Source: a virus
Direction: 5' to 3' (one strand)
Length of the DNA: 64,000 nt
Virus record (IMG/VR): IMGVR_UViG_3300045988_109836
This document shows, piece by piece, positions 18,910 to 28,525 of this stretch (position 1 is the first letter of the stretch; every line of letters starts with the position of its first letter). A program made the position numbers and the translations under genes. The notes under the pieces were generated by a model, which saw only the letters and a list, made by a program, of their open reading frames with translations, was not told the DNA's origin and made no database searches.

Positions 18910-19827
18910 TTAAATAGGAACATTAATAACAAAATCTTCTCTCGTCACAGTTGTAGCCTTCACCTTCATAAATACCGCATCTTCTTTTTTTATCAAATCA
19001 AGAAGCTCTGCACTCGCCCATCGGTTATCTCTTTGGAACATGTTCATAAGAGCCTTGAATATTACCGGGTATTGTATTGCGTTCGTTGTCTGCCCTACAA
19101 AATCAGATGGCAGTCCATAATCTTTAAATTCCGGAATACAGCCTTTCAAAGCCTCTAATATGATTTTCAACGCCTGCTCCATAGATGTACCGAATTTCTT
19201 TACCTTCAAATCATCATTCTTAAACTCGAATTCCGTATCTATGTCTTTGCCCAGCACGTTCTCGCCTACCAGTGTATCTACCACATTATCCACATAGTTT
19301 ACACCGATATTGCGAAGATTTACGGCAAAAGTATTGCTTCCTTGTCCTGCCTTATAATCCTCTTCTATAATGTATTGTGGTGTGGTTATAGAAGTCCAGT
19401 CGTCCTCCGGGTCCGTCATTGCAATTTCTTCCGCTACATTCTCAAACGTCTCGCCTGTCCTTAGCTGCTTGTCAAGCTGTAGGGTGTTCTGTCTTCCAAG
19501 CGTTGCACTTCTTAACCATCTGTCAGAATTTTTTATTGTCAATATCTTTGTTTCCACTTCCGAAAAGTTATCCAGTATTTCCCACATAGAAATATCGTCC
19601 AACTTGTTTTCATGAAGTTGAAACATGGGTTCTACGATATTGATTTGCGCAATCATCTTGTCAAGTTCATAGAATGACTGTGCGTTTATCTCGCCTCCCT
19701 GGTAGTAATCCACTATATAGGGATAATGATTGTTGCAGAAGTCCACATAACTCTGGAAGAACTTTTTTATGTCATACCCGGTTATATTCTTAAATTTGGC
19801 GTATGCCGTTTCCATCACTGCATCCAT
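18910..19827 (-). CDS. Baseplate protein (wedge component by position; possibly a gp25/W-like C-terminal part)
   Basis: 305-aa ORF directly upstream of the baseplate-J-like gene, 11 nt apart. The assignment is positional. Confidence 0.45.
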   Translation of the reverse strand: MDAVMETAYAKFKNITGYDIKKFFQSYVDFCNNHYPYIVDYYQGGEINAQSFYELDKMIAQINIVEPMFQLHENKLDDISMWEILDNFSEVETKILTIKNSDRWLRSATLGRQNTLQLDKQLRTGETFENVAEEIAMTDPEDDWTSITTPQYIIEEDYKAGQGSNTFAVNLRNIGVNYVDNVVDTLVGENVLGKDIDTEFEFKNDDLKVKKFGTSMEQALKIILEALKGCIPEFKDYGLPSDFVGQTTNAIQYPVIFKALMNMFQRDNRWASAELLDLIKKEDAVFMKVKATTVTREDFVINVPI

Positions 19828-19841
19828 CCTTTACCCTCCTT

Positions 19842-20618
19842 TTATAACAACGTTGCTAAAGAAGCCGCCAAATCATTTACGCCTTTCTGTATTGCTGCGG
19901 CTGTACAAATTTTAGTGAGTGCCGTTTTTGCTTTCTGTTCCCCTGCTACAGCTTCCAAAGGCGCTATCGCTGTCATTGTAAGCGAATATTCCCAAATCAT
20001 ATTGCGCTGCAAACTCTGATTTAATACCAACCCTGTAGGGGGCACAACTACCAAATAGCTCTCACCCAAAGCCATATTATAAAAGTAAAGACGGAATGGC
20101 AAACCGTCCTTATCCACACCGTTACTTTTTGATATGATGGCTTGCAATATCTTCGTACATCCATATCCATTTTTTACAGACGGGTCAAATGAAGCTGATT
20201 TTAAAGAATTTGTACTTTTCCCCGAAACATCGCTTAAACTCCATTTCCCGGCTGATAGGCTATAGGCTGCACCCGCCAGACTTGACGCACCACCACCAAG
20301 CGACAAAAGCAATTTAAATGTTCGTCCGAAATCCCCTCTTATCGTTATGTCCTGCGGTACAAAAGTAGGAGAAGACAACACCGTAACGCCCCCTGCCGTA
20401 TTCCTTATGTTTTCCCTTTTTGCTTCCGTTTTGCTTATCGCATTCGGGTTAATCGGGAACGTGAAAAAATCTATCGTATTGTTCTTTGAATCCGCCAATT
20501 CAAGCGTACAAAGATACACCTCAAAATCATTAGGAAATTGAGATGCAAGTAAAGCTCTTCCGGCTGTCTCTATCAAAGACCCTGCTTTCTGTATTGCTGA
20601 TTGTGCGACGTTTGCCAT
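19842..20618 (-). CDS. Baseplate/tube-initiator-like structural protein
   Basis: 258-aa ORF between the spike and wedge genes. The segment FFTFPINPNAISKTEAKRENIRNTAGGVTVL...ITIRGDFG resembles the tube-fold/LysM-associated baseplate proteins of contractile tails. The similarity is weak. Confidence 0.4.
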   Translation of the reverse strand: MANVAQSAIQKAGSLIETAGRALLASQFPNDFEVYLCTLELADSKNNTIDFFTFPINPNAISKTEAKRENIRNTAGGVTVLSSPTFVPQDITIRGDFGRTFKLLLSLGGGASSLAGAAYSLSAGKWSLSDVSGKSTNSLKSASFDPSVKNGYGCTKILQAIISKSNGVDKDGLPFRLYFYNMALGESYLVVVPPTGLVLNQSLQRNMIWEYSLTMTAIAPLEAVAGEQKAKTALTKICTAAAIQKGVNDLAASLATLL

Positions 20619-20656
20619 AATCTTTTCTTATCGTTTTCAAAAATACAAAATAAATA

Positions 20657-21703
20657 TCAATCCGAAAAAGTTACCGTGCTTTTTATTCCGTCGAACTGTA
20701 ACGGATTCACAGCCGATACCGCACCGACACCTGCCCCGAATCCGGCTTTTCCGCCGTCCATCGCTGCCGAACCTGCAAGCGCTGTTTGCCATGCGTTCTT
20801 TAATGTCATTATCTGATTTTCTACATTGTTCAACAACTGTATCAAAGTGTTGGCTAATGTCAAAGGCTCTTTCGCATTGTTTATATTCACCTTCTGCCCA
20901 GTTATAAGTTTTATTAGGTTCTGCGTCAATTGAATCATTTCCGCATCATTGTCATAGCCCAGCACTACACCGCTTTCATCCATTGTTATATGGCTTTTCC
21001 CGTCGTGAAAATTGACATCTACCGTATTAGGGTCTACCTTTACCGTTGTCGTCTTGTCCTGGACCTTCCATGTAAAATTAGCCTCTTCCTGGTTTATCGT
21101 CAGTCTTCGTATCTCCTTGTCCTTTTCTTTTACATCCTCAACCACATTCACGACTTCCGTAACGACTTCATTGTACCCCGTTACTTTCACTTTCTTAGAG
21201 GCTATTATTTCCGCTTCTCCCGAACTTTGCAATCTTATCTTGTTCTCCTCATTGCCTCCCAGTGTAACGTTGAAATTTACGGGTTTCTCGATAGAAGTAA
21301 CATTCACATTCCATTCCCGGTTCCGTGGGTCTATCGTCATTGACATGGTAACGTCTTTTATCTGTTTCTTAATACGTACAACATCCTCGCTCCATGCCGG
21401 GACCTCATCATTTCCAATAAACGTTCCTATCACTATAGGCTGGTTCAAAAACTCACCGCTTGCTATAACTACTTGTGCTCCAAGCTCTCCAGGCTCTTCC
21501 GGAAACCATATATTATTAATCGCCTCATTTGTAATACGCACGTCGTTTCTGAAAACACCGCCTTCCATCATAACGGCAACAAGATTAGTACGGAAAACGG
21601 TATCTATGTAACTTTCCCTGCCTACATCTGTAGGCAGCACTATATACCCTTTTGATATATACGGCAAATTGTTATTACTTATCCTTGGTTTTCCTCCTGC
21701 CAT
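20657..21703 (-). CDS. Baseplate central spike (gpV/gp5/VgrG-like OB-fold plus beta-helix)
   Basis: 348 aa. GAQVVIASGEFLNQPIVIGTF matches the OB-fold signature of gpV/gp5-type spikes. It is followed by a repetitive beta-strand region (VNVTSIEKPVNFNVTLGG...KVKVTGYNEVVTEVVNV). The start codon overlaps the upstream gene stop. Confidence 0.6.
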   Translation of the reverse strand: MAGGKPRISNNNLPYISKGYIVLPTDVGRESYIDTVFRTNLVAVMMEGGVFRNDVRITNEAINNIWFPEEPGELGAQVVIASGEFLNQPIVIGTFIGNDEVPAWSEDVVRIKKQIKDVTMSMTIDPRNREWNVNVTSIEKPVNFNVTLGGNEENKIRLQSSGEAEIIASKKVKVTGYNEVVTEVVNVVEDVKEKDKEIRRLTINQEEANFTWKVQDKTTTVKVDPNTVDVNFHDGKSHITMDESGVVLGYDNDAEMIQLTQNLIKLITGQKVNINNAKEPLTLANTLIQLLNNVENQIMTLKNAWQTALAGSAAMDGGKAGFGAGVGAVSAVNPLQFDGIKSTVTFSD

Positions 21704-23865
21704 TATTCAAGTCCTCCAAAAAATTTTCTGTTCAAAAAATAATCAAACTGTTGCTTGTCAACTTTAGGGTTATCGTAATTCGTTATCTCTCCACTTTCTG
21801 CTTCCTTTGCCTTTTGCCTCAATCCGCTTAAATCCACCAACTTGAAATAATCTGGCGTAAATCCAGACGCTGATTTTTCAGAAACGGAGTTGTCATTTCT
21901 TTTTACTGCTTCCATCAGATTTCCTTTCAGTATAGGAACATAGAACCCTCTTTCTACCTGCAAAACTGTACGTCTGTCCACCCCGTCACGATTAAATGAT
22001 ATGGTATTGGTTACATTCGTCACATAGAAAAATTCGTTCGTACTTTGATTCAGTACAAAGGTGCCTATCTTTATACGTCTGTCTCCGTTTATTTCAATTG
22101 TTCCACAACGTGTAAAAGGCACGTACATATTACTTTCAACAAGATAAATCAAGTCGTTCAACATCGTTGCCTGGTAAGTAGAAAATATCTTCTTGTTTTC
22201 CGCTCCGTTCTGTATCATACGAATACAGTACATGTCCACGAAATCCATCTTTCTGTTTCCCCATCTTTCTACATATTCTTCCAGGTACACAATAGGGACA
22301 AATGCCAATCCCGGCTTGTCTTTTCCACCAACTTGTGAATTCTGTCCGTGTAACTGGAACCAGGTGTAAACCCGTGGGTCATAACTCAAATTATAGGAGA
22401 TAACGTTGTCCGGCGTTATGGTTATATAGTTTTCCGACTTGAACGCATCCTTTATCGCCTTTTCCGTAAACGGGGGTTGTCTTACAATAATGTCTATCGT
22501 GTTTATATAGGTGTCAAAGAAAAATTCTGTCAAAGGATATTGACAAATCCTGTCCATATATTCCATCAACGTTCCGTTCGGATTTCCAAGGCCCGTATCG
22601 GTCACAATCCTTTCCATTATTTCGTTGGATATCTCCAGTTTCACAATCTGCCATATTCCACGTACCGGGACACCGCTTGTTCCGGGTATATCATAAGCGC
22701 TTGTTCTTTTGTCCTTCCAGGAAGAAAACACATCATCCTTGCATACCCCGATAGAAGACATTATGTTTATGATGAACCAGATACATTCGTTTATCGTCTT
22801 GTACCCCAAATTCCATATAAACTGGTATGCTCCGCCTATTACATTTCTCCCATCCCATACACCACCAGTTTTCCGCGCCAACCAATTCTGCACCGTATTA
22901 TTGACGTTTTCAAGCGGTATAAAATAACTTCCATCCTCTACAAACATCTTTGTAATGTCCCGTCCGCTTATAACAGTGCTCTTTGAATTGTCTTCCGAAG
23001 AATAGGTTTCCATTACGCTATCTACAAAGCCTATCATATCCCACACGTTATAATTCGGCCCGTTATTTGCAAGCTTATTCAGAGATACAAACAAGTTGTT
23101 GGCATCCTCACTGTCCGAACTCCCTTCAAGCCTCAACCGTTCAAACCGGACAAACACTATATCGTTTATCTGCACCACCTTTTCAAGATATGATTTGTAA
23201 TCATATCCTTTAGGTGTCACAACCGGGAATATATCATAATATCCAGCCCCGTACACATTCGATAAATTAGCATCCTTAAAAGGCGTTATATTGATTGAAA
23301 ATGTTCCGTTCTTGAATCCCTTGTCAGTAGAACAAGTATTTACAAACTGGCTTACATCCACCACCTTGTTTATCGCCTTGCAATATATCCATACCTTTAT
23401 ATTGATAGGCTGTACTTTCGTTCTTACCGCCTTCTCCTCGTCCATTGCGACAACGTTATCCGGCACATACCCCTCCTTATCTTCCAAAAGCTTTTTCAAG
23501 TTTTCGGACCAATAAGCGGAAAACGGGCGTTGCTTCATGAACATCTCGCTTTTTGCCGCCTTCTGAATAAGCAAGGGAGAATCTTTTATGGTGAAAGATA
23601 GAGGTGTATTCGGCTTTATATACGGCAAATCCTTGCTGGAATACTCGGCTTTATATTTCTCTTTCTCCCAATCGTCATATGTAGCCCATATAGCATCCAG
23701 GTTTGATATTCCGGACACCTCGTTTACAATATCCATAAATTCCGGAACCGTCAGTTTTTTTGCTTCTGGTGTATCTGGTCCCAATCCCTTTTGCCACTCC
23801 TCTATAAAAGTTTTAGGTGGAATATTGTACTTATAACTCTGTATGTTAAATATATTTACTTTCAT
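21703..23865 (-). CDS. Baseplate hub / distal tail protein (positional)
   Basis: 720-aa ORF immediately after the tape measure gene and before the spike. No motif recognised. Confidence 0.45.
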   Translation of the reverse strand: MKVNIFNIQSYKYNIPPKTFIEEWQKGLGPDTPEAKKLTVPEFMDIVNEVSGISNLDAIWATYDDWEKEKYKAEYSSKDLPYIKPNTPLSFTIKDSPLLIQKAAKSEMFMKQRPFSAYWSENLKKLLEDKEGYVPDNVVAMDEEKAVRTKVQPINIKVWIYCKAINKVVDVSQFVNTCSTDKGFKNGTFSINITPFKDANLSNVYGAGYYDIFPVVTPKGYDYKSYLEKVVQINDIVFVRFERLRLEGSSDSEDANNLFVSLNKLANNGPNYNVWDMIGFVDSVMETYSSEDNSKSTVISGRDITKMFVEDGSYFIPLENVNNTVQNWLARKTGGVWDGRNVIGGAYQFIWNLGYKTINECIWFIINIMSSIGVCKDDVFSSWKDKRTSAYDIPGTSGVPVRGIWQIVKLEISNEIMERIVTDTGLGNPNGTLMEYMDRICQYPLTEFFFDTYINTIDIIVRQPPFTEKAIKDAFKSENYITITPDNVISYNLSYDPRVYTWFQLHGQNSQVGGKDKPGLAFVPIVYLEEYVERWGNRKMDFVDMYCIRMIQNGAENKKIFSTYQATMLNDLIYLVESNMYVPFTRCGTIEINGDRRIKIGTFVLNQSTNEFFYVTNVTNTISFNRDGVDRRTVLQVERGFYVPILKGNLMEAVKRNDNSVSEKSASGFTPDYFKLVDLSGLRQKAKEAESGEITNYDNPKVDKQQFDYFLNRKFFGGLE

Positions 23866-23870
23866 CGTTC

Positions 23871-26687
23871 TTATCTTTCTGCTGGAATATTACGACTTTT
23901 TCCTGCTGTAATTATATCCAAAAATCCTTTAGATATTGACATTTGAATACCTTTCAATAAAGCATCCCAATCTGAACTACCAGCTTCTTTATATGCACCA
24001 GAAACAAGTTTCGTATCTTCTACTATTTGTTTTGGCATTCCTGCATAGGTATCTAATCTATCTTTTACGCCTGCCAATATTGCGGTATCTTCCTTAATAC
24101 TATCAAGAACTTTTTTTATCTCATTCAACTGATTTGCACCTTCCGACATCTGGCGGTTCATATCACCAGCCAAAATCGTTTCTCCTGCACCTACAGTCCT
24201 TTTTGCTGCATCCTTATCATAAGCCTCTGTAGGGGTTTCTCTAATTCTTTGACTTGATTTTTTATACAAGTCAAACAAATTGCTTACAAGCTTGGACGGG
24301 TCACTGTCCTTTTGTATCGTAGAATTAATATCATTCCAGGACAAATTAGGAAATATTTCGGACATTGCCAAACGCAACTGTTCGGAACCTCCCCCGGTAC
24401 GTTCTATCAGCCTGTTCAAAAAGTTTTCCATAACTTTCGGGTTTGCCGCTCCTGCACGTATCTTTTCCAGTTCTTCCTGGATTTCCGAATAAGAAGTCTT
24501 GTCTGGCATAACTTCCTGGATAGAACGTACAAGCATTGCATTTGTCACTTCATCCTTTGACATCCCCTGTCCAGTGAATGCTTGCTGTACCCTTTCAAGC
24601 TGTCTTCCTTGCAGTCCGGTTGCCTGGCGTATTCCGCTAAACATCGCTGCAAGCTCCTTTGCATCAAATTCACCGCGCTTTGAAAGAATCTGGTCTGACT
24701 GTGTTATGAAGGTATCTAAACTTTCCTCCATTGTAGAGGCTATCTGTTCAAACGGGATATTCAAGTTTTTCATTGCTTGTTCAAACTCCCTAATAATGGC
24801 AGAAGCCCCTGTACCGGAATCCTGGTCTCCAAACCTCATTGCACCCTGCAAACGATTGACTGCATTAGGAGACAGACCGAACAACCTTTCTGCTGCCATT
24901 ACAGACTGCGTTTCCCTTACCGCATACGGGTCATATTCATTGCCTCCTACAAAACGTCCTCCTCCTGCACGTATCAATTCGGCACGTCTTCCCATGTATG
25001 AAGCGTAATCCATACCAAGTGCAGAAGCTGCATATCCACCTTCTCTTCCGGCTTGTCTGAATGCTTCTCCTGCCGATACACCCATAACTTGTGCATACGG
25101 GATAACACGTCTTTCTCCTTCCGCATATTTCCCGAAAGTTGCCATCATCTTTTCGGCTGCAAGTTGTGCTGGCAACTCTATGCTTTTTGCTATCGTGTCA
25201 CCAATTAGAGGAATCCATCTAAAAGCGTCTGCCTGGTTAGCGGCTTGTAATCGTGTATAATTTGCGGCCGTTTCCACGGTTCCTTGATATTGGGAACGCG
25301 CTTCAAATTCCTGCTGCCGGAAATATCTTTCTGACAATACGTTCTTGGCGGTATTGAATGCCGTCAAAGCCCCCAAACCGCCCAATATTCCTTTTAATCC
25401 TCCTCCGAATATATTCAGTCCTCCACCAGGTGTACCAGTGCTTCCAGTAGGCGGCACAATTCCCCCAGGTGTTCCAACCCCACCGCCTATACCATTATTA
25501 GAAATAACCTTCTGTATTTCTTCCAATATATTTTCCGTGCTGTCTTCTATAACAGATACGGAGTTTGCAATAGTTTCCAGATAACGGGTAACACCGCTTC
25601 TTTGGTTTTCCTCGCCCGTCCCCTTTTCAAGTCCTCTAATAACGGAAATAACATCACGCCCGACATTATCCGTTATCGTTCCCAACCTTGTAATGGCACG
25701 TATTATTCCCTCGTCCGAAAACTTGATTTCCGTCTGTCCGTTATCCGTTATTTCCGGTCTTCTCTGTATTCTGTCGTCTTCTCTTAATAGAGGTCTGTTC
25801 GGTTGTTCAGAAACGACCTCCAGATTCCCTTTTTCTCTTATAGCGGTTGTGTTCTCCGTTATTGTCTGGGTATTCTTTTCAATATTTACAACATGCTCGG
25901 TTATATTCTCCGTATGCCGTGAGTTGTCTGTCCTGTTTTCGCTGTTGTCCTGGAAATTCTTGGAATTGTCAACATTCGTAACAGATTCGTCTATATTCTC
26001 GACGTGTCTGTTTATCTCCCTTAACAGTTCTTTCTGTGTCTCCTTTGTAGTGGTCGGTTCTTCTCTTTCCGTTCCTCTTTCAGTAGGGGTAACACGTTCT
26101 CTTTCCGGTCTCCGTGTCAAATCCCACGTCATGGTACCCGTTTCCTCGTCTATGGTTGGCTCTACATCCGGTATGGGTTCCTGGACTTTTCTTCTTCTCC
26201 TTCTTCTCGGTACTGGTCTTTCTTCCGGTTCTTCGACTGGCAACGGTTCTTCTACATCCGTTTCCCGGTCCGTCCTTTGTTGTTCCCGTCTTGGTTCCGG
26301 CTGTACGGTTTCCTCTTTCCTTCTTGGCGATACGTCCCATGTAATAGACCCTGTTTCGGGGTCTATGGTTGGCTGTTCCGGTCTTGGAAGTTCTTCTGTA
26401 GGCGGCTGTCTCCTTATCGGTCTTTCCGGCATAGGAGACGGTTTTTGCATTGTGGTTGCATCAATGGCGGCAGACTGTCTTTTAAGGTCAAGCAACAGCC
26501 TTTCCAGCTCGTTACGGTCCTCCATCAATGCAAGTTGTTCCCGTAGCTGTGAAATGCTTTTCTCGGCTTCCTGTGCGCTCTGCATAGAAGCCTGGTTTAT
26601 CTCGCGGTACAAAGAAACCGCTTCTTCTCTCAACTGTCTTAGCGGTGTGGTGTCGGCCGCTATCCTAATCCTCTTATCCTCTGCCAT
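23871..26687 (-). CDS. Tail tape measure protein
   Basis: 938 aa with a coiled-coil N-terminus, a Pro/Glu/Arg-rich internal duplication, a Gly-rich tract and a long helical C-terminal half. It lies downstream of two small chaperone-like ORFs, and its start overlaps the upstream stop. Confidence 0.8.
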   Translation of the reverse strand: MAEDKRIRIAADTTPLRQLREEAVSLYREINQASMQSAQEAEKSISQLREQLALMEDRNELERLLLDLKRQSAAIDATTMQKPSPMPERPIRRQPPTEELPRPEQPTIDPETGSITWDVSPRRKEETVQPEPRREQQRTDRETDVEEPLPVEEPEERPVPRRRRRRKVQEPIPDVEPTIDEETGTMTWDLTRRPERERVTPTERGTEREEPTTTKETQKELLREINRHVENIDESVTNVDNSKNFQDNSENRTDNSRHTENITEHVVNIEKNTQTITENTTAIREKGNLEVVSEQPNRPLLREDDRIQRRPEITDNGQTEIKFSDEGIIRAITRLGTITDNVGRDVISVIRGLEKGTGEENQRSGVTRYLETIANSVSVIEDSTENILEEIQKVISNNGIGGGVGTPGGIVPPTGSTGTPGGGLNIFGGGLKGILGGLGALTAFNTAKNVLSERYFRQQEFEARSQYQGTVETAANYTRLQAANQADAFRWIPLIGDTIAKSIELPAQLAAEKMMATFGKYAEGERRVIPYAQVMGVSAGEAFRQAGREGGYAASALGMDYASYMGRRAELIRAGGGRFVGGNEYDPYAVRETQSVMAAERLFGLSPNAVNRLQGAMRFGDQDSGTGASAIIREFEQAMKNLNIPFEQIASTMEESLDTFITQSDQILSKRGEFDAKELAAMFSGIRQATGLQGRQLERVQQAFTGQGMSKDEVTNAMLVRSIQEVMPDKTSYSEIQEELEKIRAGAANPKVMENFLNRLIERTGGGSEQLRLAMSEIFPNLSWNDINSTIQKDSDPSKLVSNLFDLYKKSSQRIRETPTEAYDKDAAKRTVGAGETILAGDMNRQMSEGANQLNEIKKVLDSIKEDTAILAGVKDRLDTYAGMPKQIVEDTKLVSGAYKEAGSSDWDALLKGIQMSISKGFLDIITAGKSRNIPAER

Positions 26688-27055
26688 TATTCCTTATCCT
26701 TTTGGCTTTCCTCGTATTCGGCCATCCGCGCCATTTCCTCGCGGAAGGCTTCAATCTGACTTTGCGTTATCTCCTTGGTATCGGTTTCCTGGTCTACCAT
26801 TTCATCATAGGAATCTTTCAGCCATTCTCCGATATTCGGAACGTATTCAACTTTCTTTTCCTCGTCCTCCAAAGCCTGCTTGAACATCCGGTCTTCCTCG
26901 AACTCGAAAAGTTGTTGAAAAAAAGAACATTTCTTGTGTTCCTCGGACATGAAAGCAATGTTATGTTTCTTTCTATACCATCTGTCAAGCGGGAATTTAT
27001 TATTCCATCTGACTACAAACGTTCTGAAATCTTCCTTTTTATTTCGCTCCATCAT
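26687..27055 (-). CDS. Tail assembly chaperone-like protein (second of the pair)
   Basis: 122-aa acidic ORF directly upstream of the tape measure gene and overlapping it. Confidence 0.5.
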   Translation of the reverse strand: MMERNKKEDFRTFVVRWNNKFPLDRWYRKKHNIAFMSEEHKKCSFFQQLFEFEEDRMFKQALEDEEKKVEYVPNIGEWLKDSYDEMVDQETDTKEITQSQIEAFREEMARMAEYEESQKDKE

Positions 27056-27158
27056 ACAAAATCAATCAAAAATAGGGATATAACCCGTAACAGACTATAC
27101 CCCTATACTCTTTGAATAACTAAACTTTCAAACTATAGTGATTCTCGCTCGAATACTC

Positions 27159-27503
27159 TTATCGGTTGGGGTTCATCATTTTTTCAACTTCCTTAATAAA
27201 AGGCAAAACCTCCTTATTGTAAATATCCCTTACCTCCACGTAGTCCTTGATACCAAGCTGTTTGAAAGAAGTTACCTTCATATCTGCCAGCAAGTCCGGC
27301 AACATCACTGTAAGCGTCGCTTCAATGTCTATCATATCCAGGGCATCCGCGGCAGCCTGCGTTCTGTTACCCAGCAAGGTATTGTAATATCCACGACCTA
27401 AAAACTGCTTCTGCGTTTCAATCTCGTAATATTGTCCTACTGTAGGAAAGGACATCTTATATTCATGTCCCTTAATTTTAATTATCTTATCCTCCATAAT
27501 CAC
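27159..27503 (-). CDS. Tail assembly chaperone-like protein (first of the pair)
   Basis: 114 aa, in the position and size expected for a gpG/XkdN-like chaperone upstream of the tape measure gene. Confidence 0.5.
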   Translation of the reverse strand: MIMEDKIIKIKGHEYKMSFPTVGQYYEIETQKQFLGRGYYNTLLGNRTQAAADALDMIDIEATLTVMLPDLLADMKVTSFKQLGIKDYVEVRDIYNKEVLPFIKEVEKMMNPNR

Positions 27504-27545
27504 AAAATATTATTCGTTACAAATATACATCATTAATTAGTTAAA

Positions 27546-27857
27546 TCAAAACTTAACTCTAAAATATTGAGATAGCGTAATTAACGCTTGTCTTTCTGCA
27601 TTTTCTTCTTCTGTCAAACCCACCTTGTCAAGTTCAATCAATCGGTTTGTTATCTCATGAAACAACTTGTTATCGGTATACTTCAATGCAATTTTCTTGA
27701 TAGTGGTGAAACCGTTCAATTCCTCAAACATCTTACATTCTTTCCTGTCTTTAGGGTCCGTTACCTCTATTTCCTCAATAGTTAGAAAACATCTAAATCC
27801 TATAGCCGTTCTTATCAAATCCTTTTTCATAACCTTAACCTCCTTATCTAAAAACAT
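27546..27857 (-). CDS. Hypothetical protein
   Basis: 103-aa ORF in the operon driven by promoter copy B. It overlaps the upstream ORF by 14 nt. Confidence 0.55.
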   Translation of the reverse strand: MFLDKEVKVMKKDLIRTAIGFRCFLTIEEIEVTDPKDRKECKMFEELNGFTTIKKIALKYTDNKLFHEITNRLIELDKVGLTEEENAERQALITLSQYFRVKF

Positions 27858-28059
27858 GGTCCATAAAAACAGTATTTCTCACCCATTGTCCTCTATGCTT
27901 TACAAAAATATATCCCCGTATTATTGCCGTCTCATTCATCGAATTTGCAAAATTATATGCTGCTTCTTGGTTTTTCTCGAAATTCTTATTTATTGAACCG
28001 GAATTGTTGCTGACATTGTATCTTAAACATGCTGGGGCCTTCTTTCTATCAGTAATCAT
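27844..28059 (-). CDS. Hypothetical protein
   Basis: 71-aa ORF in the same operon. No motif recognised. Confidence 0.45.
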   Translation of the reverse strand: MITDRKKAPACLRYNVSNNSGSINKNFEKNQEAAYNFANSMNETAIIRGYIFVKHRGQWVRNTVFMDHVFR

Positions 28060-28077
28060 AACTTTGTCCTCCCTTCG

Positions 28078-28401
28078 TTACCAAATCAAATTCCGTGCAA
28101 TAGCACAATTTGCATACTTCTTAACCAATTCCTTTTCCATCTTTTTGAACTTTGCATTATGCGTTGCATTCCCTTCGTTGGCTATACATATCTGGTGTGC
28201 TACTTCGTGACACAAAGCATAAGCAGAACCGATACATATTCTATTCAAATCAATAGAGATTGATTTCGGTTTGTTATCCACATATGAACAACAAGCACCG
28301 CCTTTTCCAACTTTACAAAACTTCAAAGCAATTGCCTTAATACCTTCACTAACACAAATGAACTTGTATAACTCTTTGAGAACCTTAATATCGTTTTCCA
28401 T
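28078..28401 (-). CDS. SprT-like small zinc-metalloprotease-fold protein
   Basis: 107 aa with an HExxH motif (CHEVAHQ) followed by GNATHNAKF, as in SprT-like domains. It is the first gene after promoter copy B. Confidence 0.5.
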   Translation of the reverse strand: MENDIKVLKELYKFICVSEGIKAIALKFCKVGKGGACCSYVDNKPKSISIDLNRICIGSAYALCHEVAHQICIANEGNATHNAKFKKMEKELVKKYANCAIARNLIW

Positions 28402-28525
28402 TTTCTTATCTTTTATTTGTTTGACTTCTTGTTTCTCGCCTCCCTTAAGAAGACACTACAAAGATAAGATTATGTTATGACATACGCAAGTGCTTATGTG
28501 TAAATTGTTAGTTATTTAACATCAT
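28402..28525 (-). promoter_or_regulatory. Copy B of the conserved early-type promoter/operator module
   Basis: On the minus strand, the imperfect palindrome ACATAAGCA-CT-TGCGTATGT spans a -33-like TTGC (28486-28489). A 19-nt spacer follows, then the -7 box TATCTTTG (28459-28466). The 15-mer GTCAAACAAATAAAA (28411-28425) lies 9 nt before the ATG at 28401. Confidence 0.7.

Noticed and set aside
25693-26883. 396-aa plus-strand ORF, plus several other ORFs at 26080-26546.
   Set aside because: They lie entirely antisense to, or out of frame with, the tape measure gene. Their composition is Ser/Leu/Cys-rich and low in complexity, which is typical of shadow ORFs over a biased region.
26687-27503. 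A programmed -1 frameshift (gpG/gpGT-type) joining the two chaperone-like ORFs.
   Set aside because: The ORFs are separated by about 100 nt. I did not see a slippery heptamer at the end of the first ORF. This cannot be excluded without a systematic frame analysis.
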